Under the pieces are notes generated by a model. That model did no database searches. It was not told the DNA's origin and saw only the letters and a program-made list of their open reading frames with translations. A stretch of 62,711 bases of DNA from Tissierellales bacterium. Lineage in GTDB: Bacteria; Bacillota; Clostridia; Tissierellales; JASKZW01. Both the position numbers and the translations under genes were made by a program. Positions 44,984 to 53,729 of this stretch are shown piece after piece; within the stretch, counting starts at the first letter, position 1; every line of letters starts with the position of its first letter. The DNA is taken from NCBI GenBank assembly GCA_030152145.1, contig JASLIL010000112.1, positions 1 through 62,711 of the forward strand, written 5' to 3'.

Positions 44984-46318
44984 ATGGATGGTAGAAAATT
45001 AACTAGTCAATATTTAGATATAATAAGAGAGGATCAGGAGTTTTACTATAGGGATTATTTAAGGGCTAAGGAGGCTGTAGCTAGGTCTAATGCCAAGTAC
45101 AAGGGCCAGCCAGTTCCCTTCCTATATGAGCCTATGTTTTTTACAGATGAAGATATAGATAACTTTAATAGAATATCGGCCATGGTTATGTCAATAGGAA
45201 ACAAGGTAACAGATGAGTATATTTCTAATCCTGACTTTAGGCCTCAGTTTAAGTATCCAAAACTTTTAGAGGAATTAATTTTGGTAGATCCGGGATATGA
45301 CCTTAATATACCTATCTGCAGATTTGACCTTTTCTATGGTGGAGGAGATAGGTTTAAGTTTATAGAGATAAACACTGATGGTACATCTGGTATGAATGAG
45401 GAGAATGTATTCTCAGAAATAATCCTAGAGTCAGAAGCTATTAAGAAAATGGAAGGAGACTATGGCTACAGGATAGACTATTTTGAACTAATGGACAGCT
45501 GGGTTAGGGAAAGTTTAAAGACCTACTTTAGCTATAAGAAGGCAGTGGAAAATCCAACTATAGCTATAGTAGATTTTGAGGAAACAGGAATAACAGCAGA
45601 ATTTGAAGAAATGCAGAAGGCCTATGAAAGAGCAGGCTATGACTGCTATATTATAGATCCAAGGGACTTTAGCTATGAAGATGGACAGTTGCTTTTTGAG
45701 GGTAAAAAAATAGATATGATTTACAGGAGAATAGTAACAGTGGAGTTCATAGAAAAAAGCAGCCAAATAGAAGCCCTAATAGAGGCCTATAGAGATGAAA
45801 ATATCTGCCTTATAGGATCCCTAAGAACTCAGATTCTTCACAATAAGATTATCTTTAAGGTCCTTCATGACAGGGCCAACAACTATCTTTTCACAGAGGA
45901 AGAGCTGGATTTCATCAAGGATCACATACCTTATACCCATGAATTTAAAGGGGATAGAAGCCTTTATGACAGGCTAGAAGAAAACAAGGATGCCTATATA
46001 ATAAAGCCCATAGATTCCTTTGCCTCCCAGGGAGTTTTTGCAGGCAGGGACTATTCTAAGGAGGAATGGCAGGAGAAATTAGACTATGCCTGGGACAATG
46101 AATATCTTTGCCAGGAGTTTATAGATCCCTACAAAAGAGAATTTGTTGAGTTTGATCAAGAGGGAAAGATGAAGGTTAATGACTTTAATATGAATGTTGG
46201 AGTCTACATCTATAATGAAAGCTTTGCCGGAGTCTACACCAGGATTAGCCAGGCCAATATAATATTTGGCAGAGAGGGATACTATTCCATACCAAATCTT
46301 TGGGTAAGGGGAAAATAA
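44984..46318 (+). CDS. glutathionylspermidine-synthase-like ATP-grasp family protein
   Basis: ATG 44984 after GAGGTGA. ICRFDLFYGGGDRFKFIEINTDGTSGMNE resembles the R-F-D...E-x-N-x-D core of GSP-synthase-type ligases. Confidence 0.45.
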   Translation: MDGRKLTSQYLDIIREDQEFYYRDYLRAKEAVARSNAKYKGQPVPFLYEPMFFTDEDIDNFNRISAMVMSIGNKVTDEYISNPDFRPQFKYPKLLEELILVDPGYDLNIPICRFDLFYGGGDRFKFIEINTDGTSGMNEENVFSEIILESEAIKKMEGDYGYRIDYFELMDSWVRESLKTYFSYKKAVENPTIAIVDFEETGITAEFEEMQKAYERAGYDCYIIDPRDFSYEDGQLLFEGKKIDMIYRRIVTVEFIEKSSQIEALIEAYRDENICLIGSLRTQILHNKIIFKVLHDRANNYLFTEEELDFIKDHIPYTHEFKGDRSLYDRLEENKDAYIIKPIDSFASQGVFAGRDYSKEEWQEKLDYAWDNEYLCQEFIDPYKREFVEFDQEGKMKVNDFNMNVGVYIYNESFAGVYTRISQANIIFGREGYYSIPNLWVRGK

Positions 46319-46466
46319 ATTTCCCTCTGGCTAGCTAAAAAAATATCAAAGAAATCAATAGACCTATAGTTTTTATTTATAGCCAGGCCAATTGAATTAA
46401 GGTTTAGATTGTGTTTATAATAGAGGGAGAGAAATCTTTCTCTATTTTCATAAAAGGAGATGTGAC

Positions 46467-46937
46467 ATGCTAATATATCAGATACCAGGCAGAGAAGAAA
46501 TTAGAATAGAAAATCTAGTACTAGACTATAATGGCACTATAGCTTATGAGGGACTTCTTTTAGATGGAGTAGAGGAAATCTTAAATTCTTTATCAGAGAA
46601 GGTCAATGTCTATATAGTAACAGCAGATACCTTTGGTAGTGTGAGAAAAGAGTGCCAGGGCATAAATGGGAAAATCTTAACATTCCCTAAGGAAAATGCA
46701 GGTTTTGAAAAGTTAAAAATAGTGGAATCTTTAGGCAGGGATAGGACCATATCTATAGGAAATGGCTTTAATGACAAGGAGATGTTTGAGGCTACAAAAC
46801 TGTCTATAGGAATTATAGGTCAGGAGGGCTTTGCAACAGCTAGTTTAAAATATACAGATATTTTATTTACCAATATAATAGATGGGCTTATGGCCCTGGA
46901 AGATAGTGAAAAAATCAAGGCAACTTTAAGAAATTAG
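46467..46937 (+). CDS. HAD-family hydrolase (soluble P-type-ATPase-like, COG4087-type)
   Basis: LDYNGT, VTADT and GNGFND motifs. ~156 aa. Confidence 0.6.
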   Translation: MLIYQIPGREEIRIENLVLDYNGTIAYEGLLLDGVEEILNSLSEKVNVYIVTADTFGSVRKECQGINGKILTFPKENAGFEKLKIVESLGRDRTISIGNGFNDKEMFEATKLSIGIIGQEGFATASLKYTDILFTNIIDGLMALEDSEKIKATLRN

Positions 46938-46978
46938 CTTCTTAAGTTTGCCTTTTTTTGTCATAAAATAAGCAATAA

Positions 46979-47007
46979 TTGAAAAATTCTGACATGGGTT
47001 ATATAAT
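46979..47007 (+). promoter_or_regulatory. near-consensus sigma-A promoter of lplA-lipA
   Basis: TTGAAA (46979-46984), 17 nt, TATAAT (47002-47007). Confidence 0.7.
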
Positions 47008-47036
47008 CAAATTAGTATTATAAGGGGGGGATAAAA

Positions 47037-48035
47037 TTGATATATATAGTTAACGATAGTAATGACCCATTTTTCAATCATGCAGCTGAAGAATATGTTA
47101 TAGAAAATTATGATGACCAGGTATTTATGCTTTGGATCAACCGCCCATCTATATTAATAGGCAGGAACCAAAACACTCTTTCAGAAATAAATATAGACTA
47201 TGTTAGAAAGAACCATATAGATGTAGTAAGGAGACTATCTGGTGGTGGAACTGTCTATAATGACTTTGGGATTATGAACTTTACTTTTATTACATATAAG
47301 AACTCAGATCCAAGTAAGGATGGTTTTGAAAAATTTGCCCTACCAGTGATAGAAGGTCTTAAGTCTCTGGGAGTTGAGGCCCAATTTACCGGAAGAAATG
47401 ATATTTTAATAGATGGAAAGAAAATCTGTGGCAATGCCCAGTACTCTAGAAACAAAAAGATCCTTCACCATGGAACCCTTCTATATGATGGGAATATGAC
47501 CCATCTTAAGGGGGCCCTAAAGTCCAAGGACATAAAGTTTGTAGATAAGTCAGTAAAGTCTGTAGCTTCTAGGGTAACCAGCATAGCCAAGCACTTAGAG
47601 GAAGATCTTACTGTAGAAGAATTTAGGAACTACCTAATAGACTATGTAATAAACTATCATTCCATAGAAAGGGTCCATGAGTTTAGCCATGAGGAGCTTC
47701 TAGAGATTGAAAAAATAGCAGACTTTAGGTTTAGAAACTGGGACTGGAACTATGGAAAGAGTCCTAAGTCCTGCTACAACAACGCTGTAAAGTTTCCAGC
47801 CTGTGGTGTTGTAGAGTACAATGTGGACATAGAGGATGGTAGAATCAAGGATATAGCACTTTTTGGAGATTTTTTTGGAGACTGTCATATAGGAGAGCTA
47901 GAGGAAAATCTTCTGGGACTTAAGTTTGGATCTGACAGCCTTAGGGAGGCTCTGGACAGAATAGAAATAAGTAAGTATATTAGAGGACTTAGCAGTGATG
48001 ATTTTATAAAAGGATTAATGGATGTTGAAATATAA
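47037..48035 (+). CDS. lplA: lipoate--protein ligase
   Basis: TTG start after GGGGGGGA. RRLSGGGTVYND and KICGNAQ (catalytic Lys region). Includes a C-terminal accessory domain. Confidence 0.85.
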   Translation: MIYIVNDSNDPFFNHAAEEYVIENYDDQVFMLWINRPSILIGRNQNTLSEINIDYVRKNHIDVVRRLSGGGTVYNDFGIMNFTFITYKNSDPSKDGFEKFALPVIEGLKSLGVEAQFTGRNDILIDGKKICGNAQYSRNKKILHHGTLLYDGNMTHLKGALKSKDIKFVDKSVKSVASRVTSIAKHLEEDLTVEEFRNYLIDYVINYHSIERVHEFSHEELLEIEKIADFRFRNWDWNYGKSPKSCYNNAVKFPACGVVEYNVDIEDGRIKDIALFGDFFGDCHIGELEENLLGLKFGSDSLREALDRIEISKYIRGLSSDDFIKGLMDVEI

Positions 48036-48047
48036 GGAGGTAGTAAA

Positions 48048-48908
48048 ATGCGTCTTAGAAAGCCAGAATGGTTAAGAACAAAATTACAGGGTGGAGAGTC
48101 ATCTAACAAGGTGAATTCACTGATAGATAATTTAGATCTACATACAGTTTGCAGTGAAGCAAATTGTCCAAATAGAATGGAGTGTTTTTCAAAGGGAACT
48201 GCAACATTTATGATTCTTGGAAGAAACTGCACCAGAAGTTGTAGATTCTGTAATGTGGTACATGAGGCTCCAGACAAGGTAGACTTAGATGAACCAAGGA
48301 AGGTGGCAGAGGCCATAAATAAGCTGGGCCTTAAGCATGCTGTAATAACATCAGTTACAAGAGATGACCTGGAAGATCAGGGGGCAAATCAGTTTAGGAT
48401 GGTTGTAGAGGAAATAAGAAGCCTAAATCCAGAGCTGACTGTGGAACTTCTTATTCCAGATATGCAGGGCAGGGAGGATCTAATAGATATAATAATAGAT
48501 GCAGAGCCTAATGTTTTGAACCACAATATAGAAACAGTACCAGAGTTATACGATCAAGTAAGACCTCAGGCCATATTTCAAAGATCACTTGATTTACTTA
48601 AATATGTTAAGGAAAGAAAGCCTCACATGGCTACAAAGTCAGGTATGATGTTGGGACTGGGAGAGACTGAAGATCAGGTAGTAGCTACTATGAAGGAACT
48701 TAGAAAGGTAGACTGTGATATGTTAACACTTGGTCAATATCTGCAGCCAACTACAGCTCACATAGATGTAGTGGAGTATATTACTCCAGAGCAATTCCAG
48801 CGTTACAAGGAGATAGCAGAAGATTTAGGATTTAAAAGAGTTCATTCAGCACCCCTAGTTAGAAGTTCTTACTTTGCGGAGGACCTAGAGCTAGAAAATA
48901 TTAATTAA
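48048..48908 (+). CDS. lipA: lipoyl synthase
   Basis: Auxiliary cluster CSEANCPNRMEC and radical-SAM cluster CTRSCRFC. Confidence 0.9.
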   Translation: MRLRKPEWLRTKLQGGESSNKVNSLIDNLDLHTVCSEANCPNRMECFSKGTATFMILGRNCTRSCRFCNVVHEAPDKVDLDEPRKVAEAINKLGLKHAVITSVTRDDLEDQGANQFRMVVEEIRSLNPELTVELLIPDMQGREDLIDIIIDAEPNVLNHNIETVPELYDQVRPQAIFQRSLDLLKYVKERKPHMATKSGMMLGLGETEDQVVATMKELRKVDCDMLTLGQYLQPTTAHIDVVEYITPEQFQRYKEIAEDLGFKRVHSAPLVRSSYFAEDLELENIN

Positions 48909-48916
48909 AAAATTAT

Positions 48917-48944
48917 AAAGGCCCTAGATCTATCTAGGGCCTTT
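48917..48944 (+). terminator. terminator hairpin after lipA
   Basis: AAAGGCCCTAGA-TCTA-TCTAGGGCCTTT. Confidence 0.65.
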
Positions 48945-48998
48945 GATAGATATAGAAAAAATTATAAAGATTTTTTCTATATCATACTAGTAGCAAGT

Positions 48999-51029
48999 TT
49001 ATCTATCCCAGTATCTCCTGTGAGAAAAGACTTTACAAATATCTTCGTTAGGCCTTTCCACACCTGGTTTTCCAATATATTCAGGCTTCATATTAACTCT
49101 TTCTCCATAAACAATTGGTTTTTTATGATTAAAACTATCTTTTATAAAATTATCTAACTTATTCTGATAATCTTTTCTTATATTTTCAGTGCTTATAACA
49201 TATATGCCATCATACAAAACGGAGTCTTCAGAATGATAACTTCCTTCAGCCTTTTTGTTTTCTAGATTCTTTAAATCGCCTATTTCATTGGCGATAAAAG
49301 TTAAATAAAATCCATCAGACTCTAATTTCTCTAAAGAATCTAGACTAGTTTTATCAAAAGAAAGGTCTAAGCTATCTATTAATACAGCAATTTTGAAAGT
49401 ATTTGTTTTATATTCAGTACTAATCATACTCAAATTACTAGTTTTAACAGACTTTTCTTCATAAGAAAAGTCATCACTTGAATCACCAAGGTCATTATTA
49501 ATTAGCTTTTTATCTTTAATTTCAATATTAAAGTAGTCAGAAAGCTCTTTAGAGATGTCTGAGCTGACTTCATTTAATGTACTAATTACTTCTTTTCTAA
49601 CATCTGGACTCTTAACTTTACTTAGTTCAAATTTAATAGCATCTATTAGGTGTTCCTGCTCTAGTTTTGATAGGGAATCAAAATAGAGTTTGGCTTGACT
49701 AAAATAGTCTAGAAACCTTTTTACCCTTCCTCTAGTCATTTTTCCAGCTATATTTTCTTTCGGAAAATCATATCCATTATTTAAATCAGTCTCAGGCATA
49801 TTATCATTTCGTAAATTCAGTTTATAATTAACATTATTAACTTTTATTTCACTTGTATGAAAGCCATCTTGCTGATGATTTATTCTAGGATTTAAGGGCA
49901 TATTAATAGGTATATTTTGAAAATTAGGGCCACCTAGTCTATAAACCTGTGTATCTGGATAAGCAAAACTTCTAGCCTGTAAAAGAGGATCGTTACTTAA
50001 GGCAATGCCAGGCACTAAATTTCCTGGTGAGAAAGCAACTTGCTCTGTTTCTGCAAAAAAGTTATCTACATTTTTATTTAAAAGGATACTTCCAACTTTA
50101 ACCTTCTTTACTATTTCTTCAGGCCATAACTTAGTTGGATCAAGTATATCAAAGTCGAATATGAATTCATCTTCTTCAGGTAATATTTGTACAAAAACAT
50201 CCCATTCAGGAAAATCTTTTTTTTCAATTGCTTCATAAAGGTCTTTTCTATGATAGTCTGGATCTTTACCAGCAATTTTTTGTGCTTCATCCCATACTAG
50301 ACTATGGGTCCCTAACTTAGGAACAAAGTGATATTTTACAAAGAAAATATCATCATCTTTATTTATCCATCTAAAAGTATGAACTCCAAATCCCTCCATC
50401 ATCCTATAGGACCTTGGGATTCCTCTATCACTCATTAACCACATAAGAGCATGAGTAGACTCTTCATTACTGGAAACAAAATCCCAGAAGGAATCATGAG
50501 CACTTTGTCCTTGGGGAATCTCTGTATTGGGTTCAGGCTTTAAGGCATGGATAAAGTCAGGAAACTTTATGGCATCTTGAATAAAAAATACAGGAAAGCT
50601 AAGACCGGCTATATCATAATTTCCCTCTTCAGTATAGAATTTGATAGCCATACCTCGGGCATCTCTAACAGTATCAGGAGATCCTCTAAAGCCTTGTACT
50701 GTAGAAAATCTAATAAATAAAGGTGTCTCTTTTCCTTGTCCATTTAGAAAATTAGCTTTAGTATATTTACTCATACAATTCTCTAATCGAAAGTAACCAT
50801 GAGCTCCTGTTCCTCTTGCATGAACTACTCTTTCAGGTATCCTTTCCCTGTTAAAATGTCTTAGTTTTTCTAGTAGATGAAAATCTTGAATGAGTGTAGG
50901 ACCTCTATCAGAGGCCTTTAAAGAAAAGCTATCTTCCTTTATAGGAATAGCTTCTTGACTGGTCATTTTCCCTTTAGATGTATTTACTTTAAAAGAATTG
51001 AGTTGCTCTTTCTTTTTGTCTTTTGACAT
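48999..51029 (-). CDS. katE: large-subunit (KatE/HPII-type) monofunctional heme catalase
   Basis: RERIPERVVHARGTGAHGYF, FDRERIPER-type core, RSFAYPDTQ. ~676 aa with an extra C-terminal domain. Confidence 0.9.
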   Translation of the reverse strand: MSKDKKKEQLNSFKVNTSKGKMTSQEAIPIKEDSFSLKASDRGPTLIQDFHLLEKLRHFNRERIPERVVHARGTGAHGYFRLENCMSKYTKANFLNGQGKETPLFIRFSTVQGFRGSPDTVRDARGMAIKFYTEEGNYDIAGLSFPVFFIQDAIKFPDFIHALKPEPNTEIPQGQSAHDSFWDFVSSNEESTHALMWLMSDRGIPRSYRMMEGFGVHTFRWINKDDDIFFVKYHFVPKLGTHSLVWDEAQKIAGKDPDYHRKDLYEAIEKKDFPEWDVFVQILPEEDEFIFDFDILDPTKLWPEEIVKKVKVGSILLNKNVDNFFAETEQVAFSPGNLVPGIALSNDPLLQARSFAYPDTQVYRLGGPNFQNIPINMPLNPRINHQQDGFHTSEIKVNNVNYKLNLRNDNMPETDLNNGYDFPKENIAGKMTRGRVKRFLDYFSQAKLYFDSLSKLEQEHLIDAIKFELSKVKSPDVRKEVISTLNEVSSDISKELSDYFNIEIKDKKLINNDLGDSSDDFSYEEKSVKTSNLSMISTEYKTNTFKIAVLIDSLDLSFDKTSLDSLEKLESDGFYLTFIANEIGDLKNLENKKAEGSYHSEDSVLYDGIYVISTENIRKDYQNKLDNFIKDSFNHKKPIVYGERVNMKPEYIGKPGVERPNEDICKVFSHRRYWDR

Positions 51030-51632
51030 AAAATACCTCCTATTAAAACAAATATGGAATTTAAATTATTAAAATTTAATTGGGAGGGGCCATATTTCAA
51101 TGGCCCCAAGGTGGGAGTGCTATATATATTAAGGATTCTACCTACTATAACTAGGAAACTAATCCTATCCAGTAGTAAAACGAAAATAAGTAAGTAGACT
51201 CCTTAGCATCTAGTTTTACTGGGTAAATATTCTCGAAAGATGGTTAATTATTTATCTTATTATATAGATTACCCTAGTTATAAGGCATTTAAAACATTTA
51301 TTTTTAAAAAAACATTATTTACAATGAAAGTATTTTATGTAGCTCTAGATAAATATAATATTATAACTTTTAAAATTATTGTTTTAAATTCATTGATTTT
51401 AAGGGTATCTAGTGGGTAATAGTTAAAATAAGGCATAAGCATCCAGTATAGGTAACAGTCAAAATTTTAATCTTATCTCAAATATTCTCAGATTAATAAG
51501 GAGTTTAAGCTTAGAGAATTCTAAATATTCCCAATATATTTATTAATTTATTCAATTTTACTAATATGAAAAATTAGAAGGATTAATCTAGTCATAAATG
51601 TGATATATTCCACGAATTATAGGGAGGTATAT

Positions 51633-52574
51633 ATGTGTACACACATAACATTGAAAAATAATAGGGGTAATATAATAACAGCTAGAACTATTGGTTTTTC
51701 TATAAAAAAACCCGAAATATTTTTAGTTCCAAGAAAATATTTGATAAAATTTACTAGGTTCAAGGCTCTACATTATCATCATGGATTTATTGGATTAGGA
51801 AAAAAAGAAGCTGACTATATCTTCTTGGATGGTGTAAATGAAAAGGGCTTAAGTTGTAGTAGCTTACTATCTGAAGAATTTGAAGATTATAGGTTAAAAG
51901 GTTCTAGGAAGAAAATAAATTTAGCTCCTGGAGAGTTGGTTAAATGGATTTTATCTAACTACAAAGATGTAATGGAGTTGATAGATGACCTAAAAAATTT
52001 AAATATTGTATTTAAAAATTATAGAAAAGCCATTTTATTTCATTGGATAGTAACTGATAGCTCTGGGAATTCTATAATTTTACAAGCAAAATCAGATGGA
52101 TTTAAGATATACAAAAATAATTTAGGACCTCTGTCCAATGGTCCAAATATCAGTTGGCAATATGTTAATTTGAAAAGAATAACAGGAGTATTTATTTTTG
52201 AATATAAAAATAAATATATGGAGAAAATCTATGTAAGTAGTTTTGGAGAAGATGAAATGTTTGATGATTATAATAGTTATCAATCAAGATTTATAAAGGC
52301 TGTAGTTTCCGAGAACTCTATTGCTAATTTAGAAACATATCATGATAGCCTTAAAGTGGTAAAAAGTTTACTTAATAGTATTAGATTCTCTAATAATGCT
52401 AGAGGAGAGAATTCTAAAAATAAAGAAATGAATTATTCACTATATATATCCTTAGATAAGTTAACTTTATATTTTAATTTTTCTGATTATCATAAACCTC
52501 ATAAAGTAGATTTAAAAATGATAGATTTAAATTCTTATAAAATGTTAATCTTTGATAAGAATAAAGGTATCTAG
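51633..52574 (+). CDS. choloylglycine hydrolase / linear amide C-N hydrolase (Ntn) family protein
   Basis: ATG 51633 after AGGGAGG gives an MC... N-terminus (nucleophile Cys2). ARTIGF, LSNGPNISWQYVNL and YQSRF align with family motifs. Confidence 0.7.
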   Translation: MCTHITLKNNRGNIITARTIGFSIKKPEIFLVPRKYLIKFTRFKALHYHHGFIGLGKKEADYIFLDGVNEKGLSCSSLLSEEFEDYRLKGSRKKINLAPGELVKWILSNYKDVMELIDDLKNLNIVFKNYRKAILFHWIVTDSSGNSIILQAKSDGFKIYKNNLGPLSNGPNISWQYVNLKRITGVFIFEYKNKYMEKIYVSSFGEDEMFDDYNSYQSRFIKAVVSENSIANLETYHDSLKVVKSLLNSIRFSNNARGENSKNKEMNYSLYISLDKLTLYFNFSDYHKPHKVDLKMIDLNSYKMLIFDKNKGI

Positions 52575-52629
52575 GCTTAGTGATAGGGATTGAGTCTTAA
52601 AAATACTAAATAATTTAAGGAGGAATTTT

Positions 52630-53097
52630 ATGGATGTTTTAAAAGAAATTAAAAAAGAGCATGATGAATTTAGAAAGCTTATTAGAGAGATAGAAAAATT
52701 AGAAGGAGAAGACAAAAGAATAGCTTTCATAGAACTTTACAGCAAGTTAAAGGGTCATCACTATGCAGAAGAAAAAGTGGTTTTTCCCCATGTTAAGGCT
52801 AGAGCTAAGGCCGAAGATAAGGAAACTATTTTAGAGATGGTAGAAGAGCATAACCTAGGTTCATATCAGCTTAGTTTACTTGATAGAACCAGCTTAGAAA
52901 GTGAAACTTGGTCGGCAAAATTTTCAGTCTTAAAAGAAATTTTAACTCATCACATGGATGAAGAAGAAGATAAGTTTTTTAAGTTGGCAGACTTTGTCTT
53001 AAATGATCAGGAGAGAAAAAGCCTGTATGATGAGTTTGAAAAAAATATGAAAAAAGGCAAGGAGAGACAAGAGAAGAAGCTTACTAAAGATTTATAA
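52630..53097 (+). CDS. hemerythrin (HHE cation-binding) domain protein
   Basis: Spaced H/E ligand pattern (EHDEF...HHYAEE...EEH...HHMDEEE). Confidence 0.7.
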   Translation: MDVLKEIKKEHDEFRKLIREIEKLEGEDKRIAFIELYSKLKGHHYAEEKVVFPHVKARAKAEDKETILEMVEEHNLGSYQLSLLDRTSLESETWSAKFSVLKEILTHHMDEEEDKFFKLADFVLNDQERKSLYDEFEKNMKKGKERQEKKLTKDL

Positions 53098-53177
53098 TAA
53101 CCAAGGAGTTGGGTATAGAAATATTATGATATGGGCTTAAGATGTGAATCTTTTGTCCATATTTTTTTCTAAAAAGA

Positions 53178-53195
53178 TAGTTAGTAGACTAACTA
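53178..53195. promoter_or_regulatory. 18-bp perfect palindrome, candidate MarR operator 1
   Basis: TAGTTAGT-AG-ACTAACTA, ending 2 nt before the -35. Confidence 0.65.
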
Positions 53196-53197
53196 TC

Positions 53198-53226
53198 TTG
53201 ACATTGGTTTAAAATAGTAGTAAGAT
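53198..53226 (+). promoter_or_regulatory. promoter of the marR-ABC operon
   Basis: TTGACA (53198-53203), 17 nt, TAAGAT (53221-53226). Confidence 0.6.
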
Positions 53227-53242
53227 TTGAACTATGAAAAAA

Positions 53243-53260
53243 TAGTTAGTCTACTAACTA
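53243..53260. promoter_or_regulatory. 18-bp perfect palindrome, candidate MarR operator 2
   Basis: TAGTTAGT-CT-ACTAACTA, between the -10 and the SD. Confidence 0.65.
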
Positions 53261-53276
53261 ATAAAGGGGGAGTTCT

Positions 53277-53714
53277 ATGGGAGAGTCTAAAAGAGATACT
53301 GTCTATTATGTTTTTGGGCAGGTTCAGAAGCTGCACTATCAAAGGCTCTATAATCTATTAGATGAGATTGGTCTTTATCCAGGTCAACCTCATTTACTAT
53401 ATGTTTTGGATTTAAGGGGTGGTTTAAGCCAGAAGGAGCTATCTGAAATTCTCCATGTGGCTCCAGCTACTATGACAGCTACTATAAAAAAGATGGAGAG
53501 TCTTGAACTTATATACAGGGAAAGGGATCCCCATGATAAGAGAATATCTCGAGTATATATATCTTCTAAGGGTAGAAATATGGCTAGAGAGTCTATGAAG
53601 GTTTTTGAGAGGATAAATGAAGATTGTTTTGGTAATTTTACAGAAGAGGAGAAGAAAAATTTACAGCTTCTTCTGGAGAAAATAAGAAGGAATTTAGAGG
53701 AAGTTTCCTTTTAA
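53277..53714 (+). CDS. MarR-family transcriptional regulator
   Basis: Winged-helix segment LSQKELSEILHVAPATMTATIKKMESLELIYRERDPHDKRISRVYISSKG. Confidence 0.9.
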   Translation: MGESKRDTVYYVFGQVQKLHYQRLYNLLDEIGLYPGQPHLLYVLDLRGGLSQKELSEILHVAPATMTATIKKMESLELIYRERDPHDKRISRVYISSKGRNMARESMKVFERINEDCFGNFTEEEKKNLQLLLEKIRRNLEEVSF

Positions 53715-53729
53715 GTTTAGGAGGGTATT

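Noticed and set aside
51061-51079. Palindrome TTAAATT-ATTAA-AATTTAA 32 nt upstream of the catalase start, considered as a PerR/Fur box.
   Set aside because: Its spacing is 7-5-7, not the 7-1-7 of Fur-family boxes. The surrounding DNA is so AT-rich that such palindromes are expected by chance.
51054-51194. 46-codon ORF (MEFKLLKFNWEGPYFNGPKVGVLYILR...) in the catalase/hydrolase spacer.
   Set aside because: It has no Shine-Dalgarno. It overlaps the catalase promoter/leader region, and its composition is typical of a random AT-rich frame.
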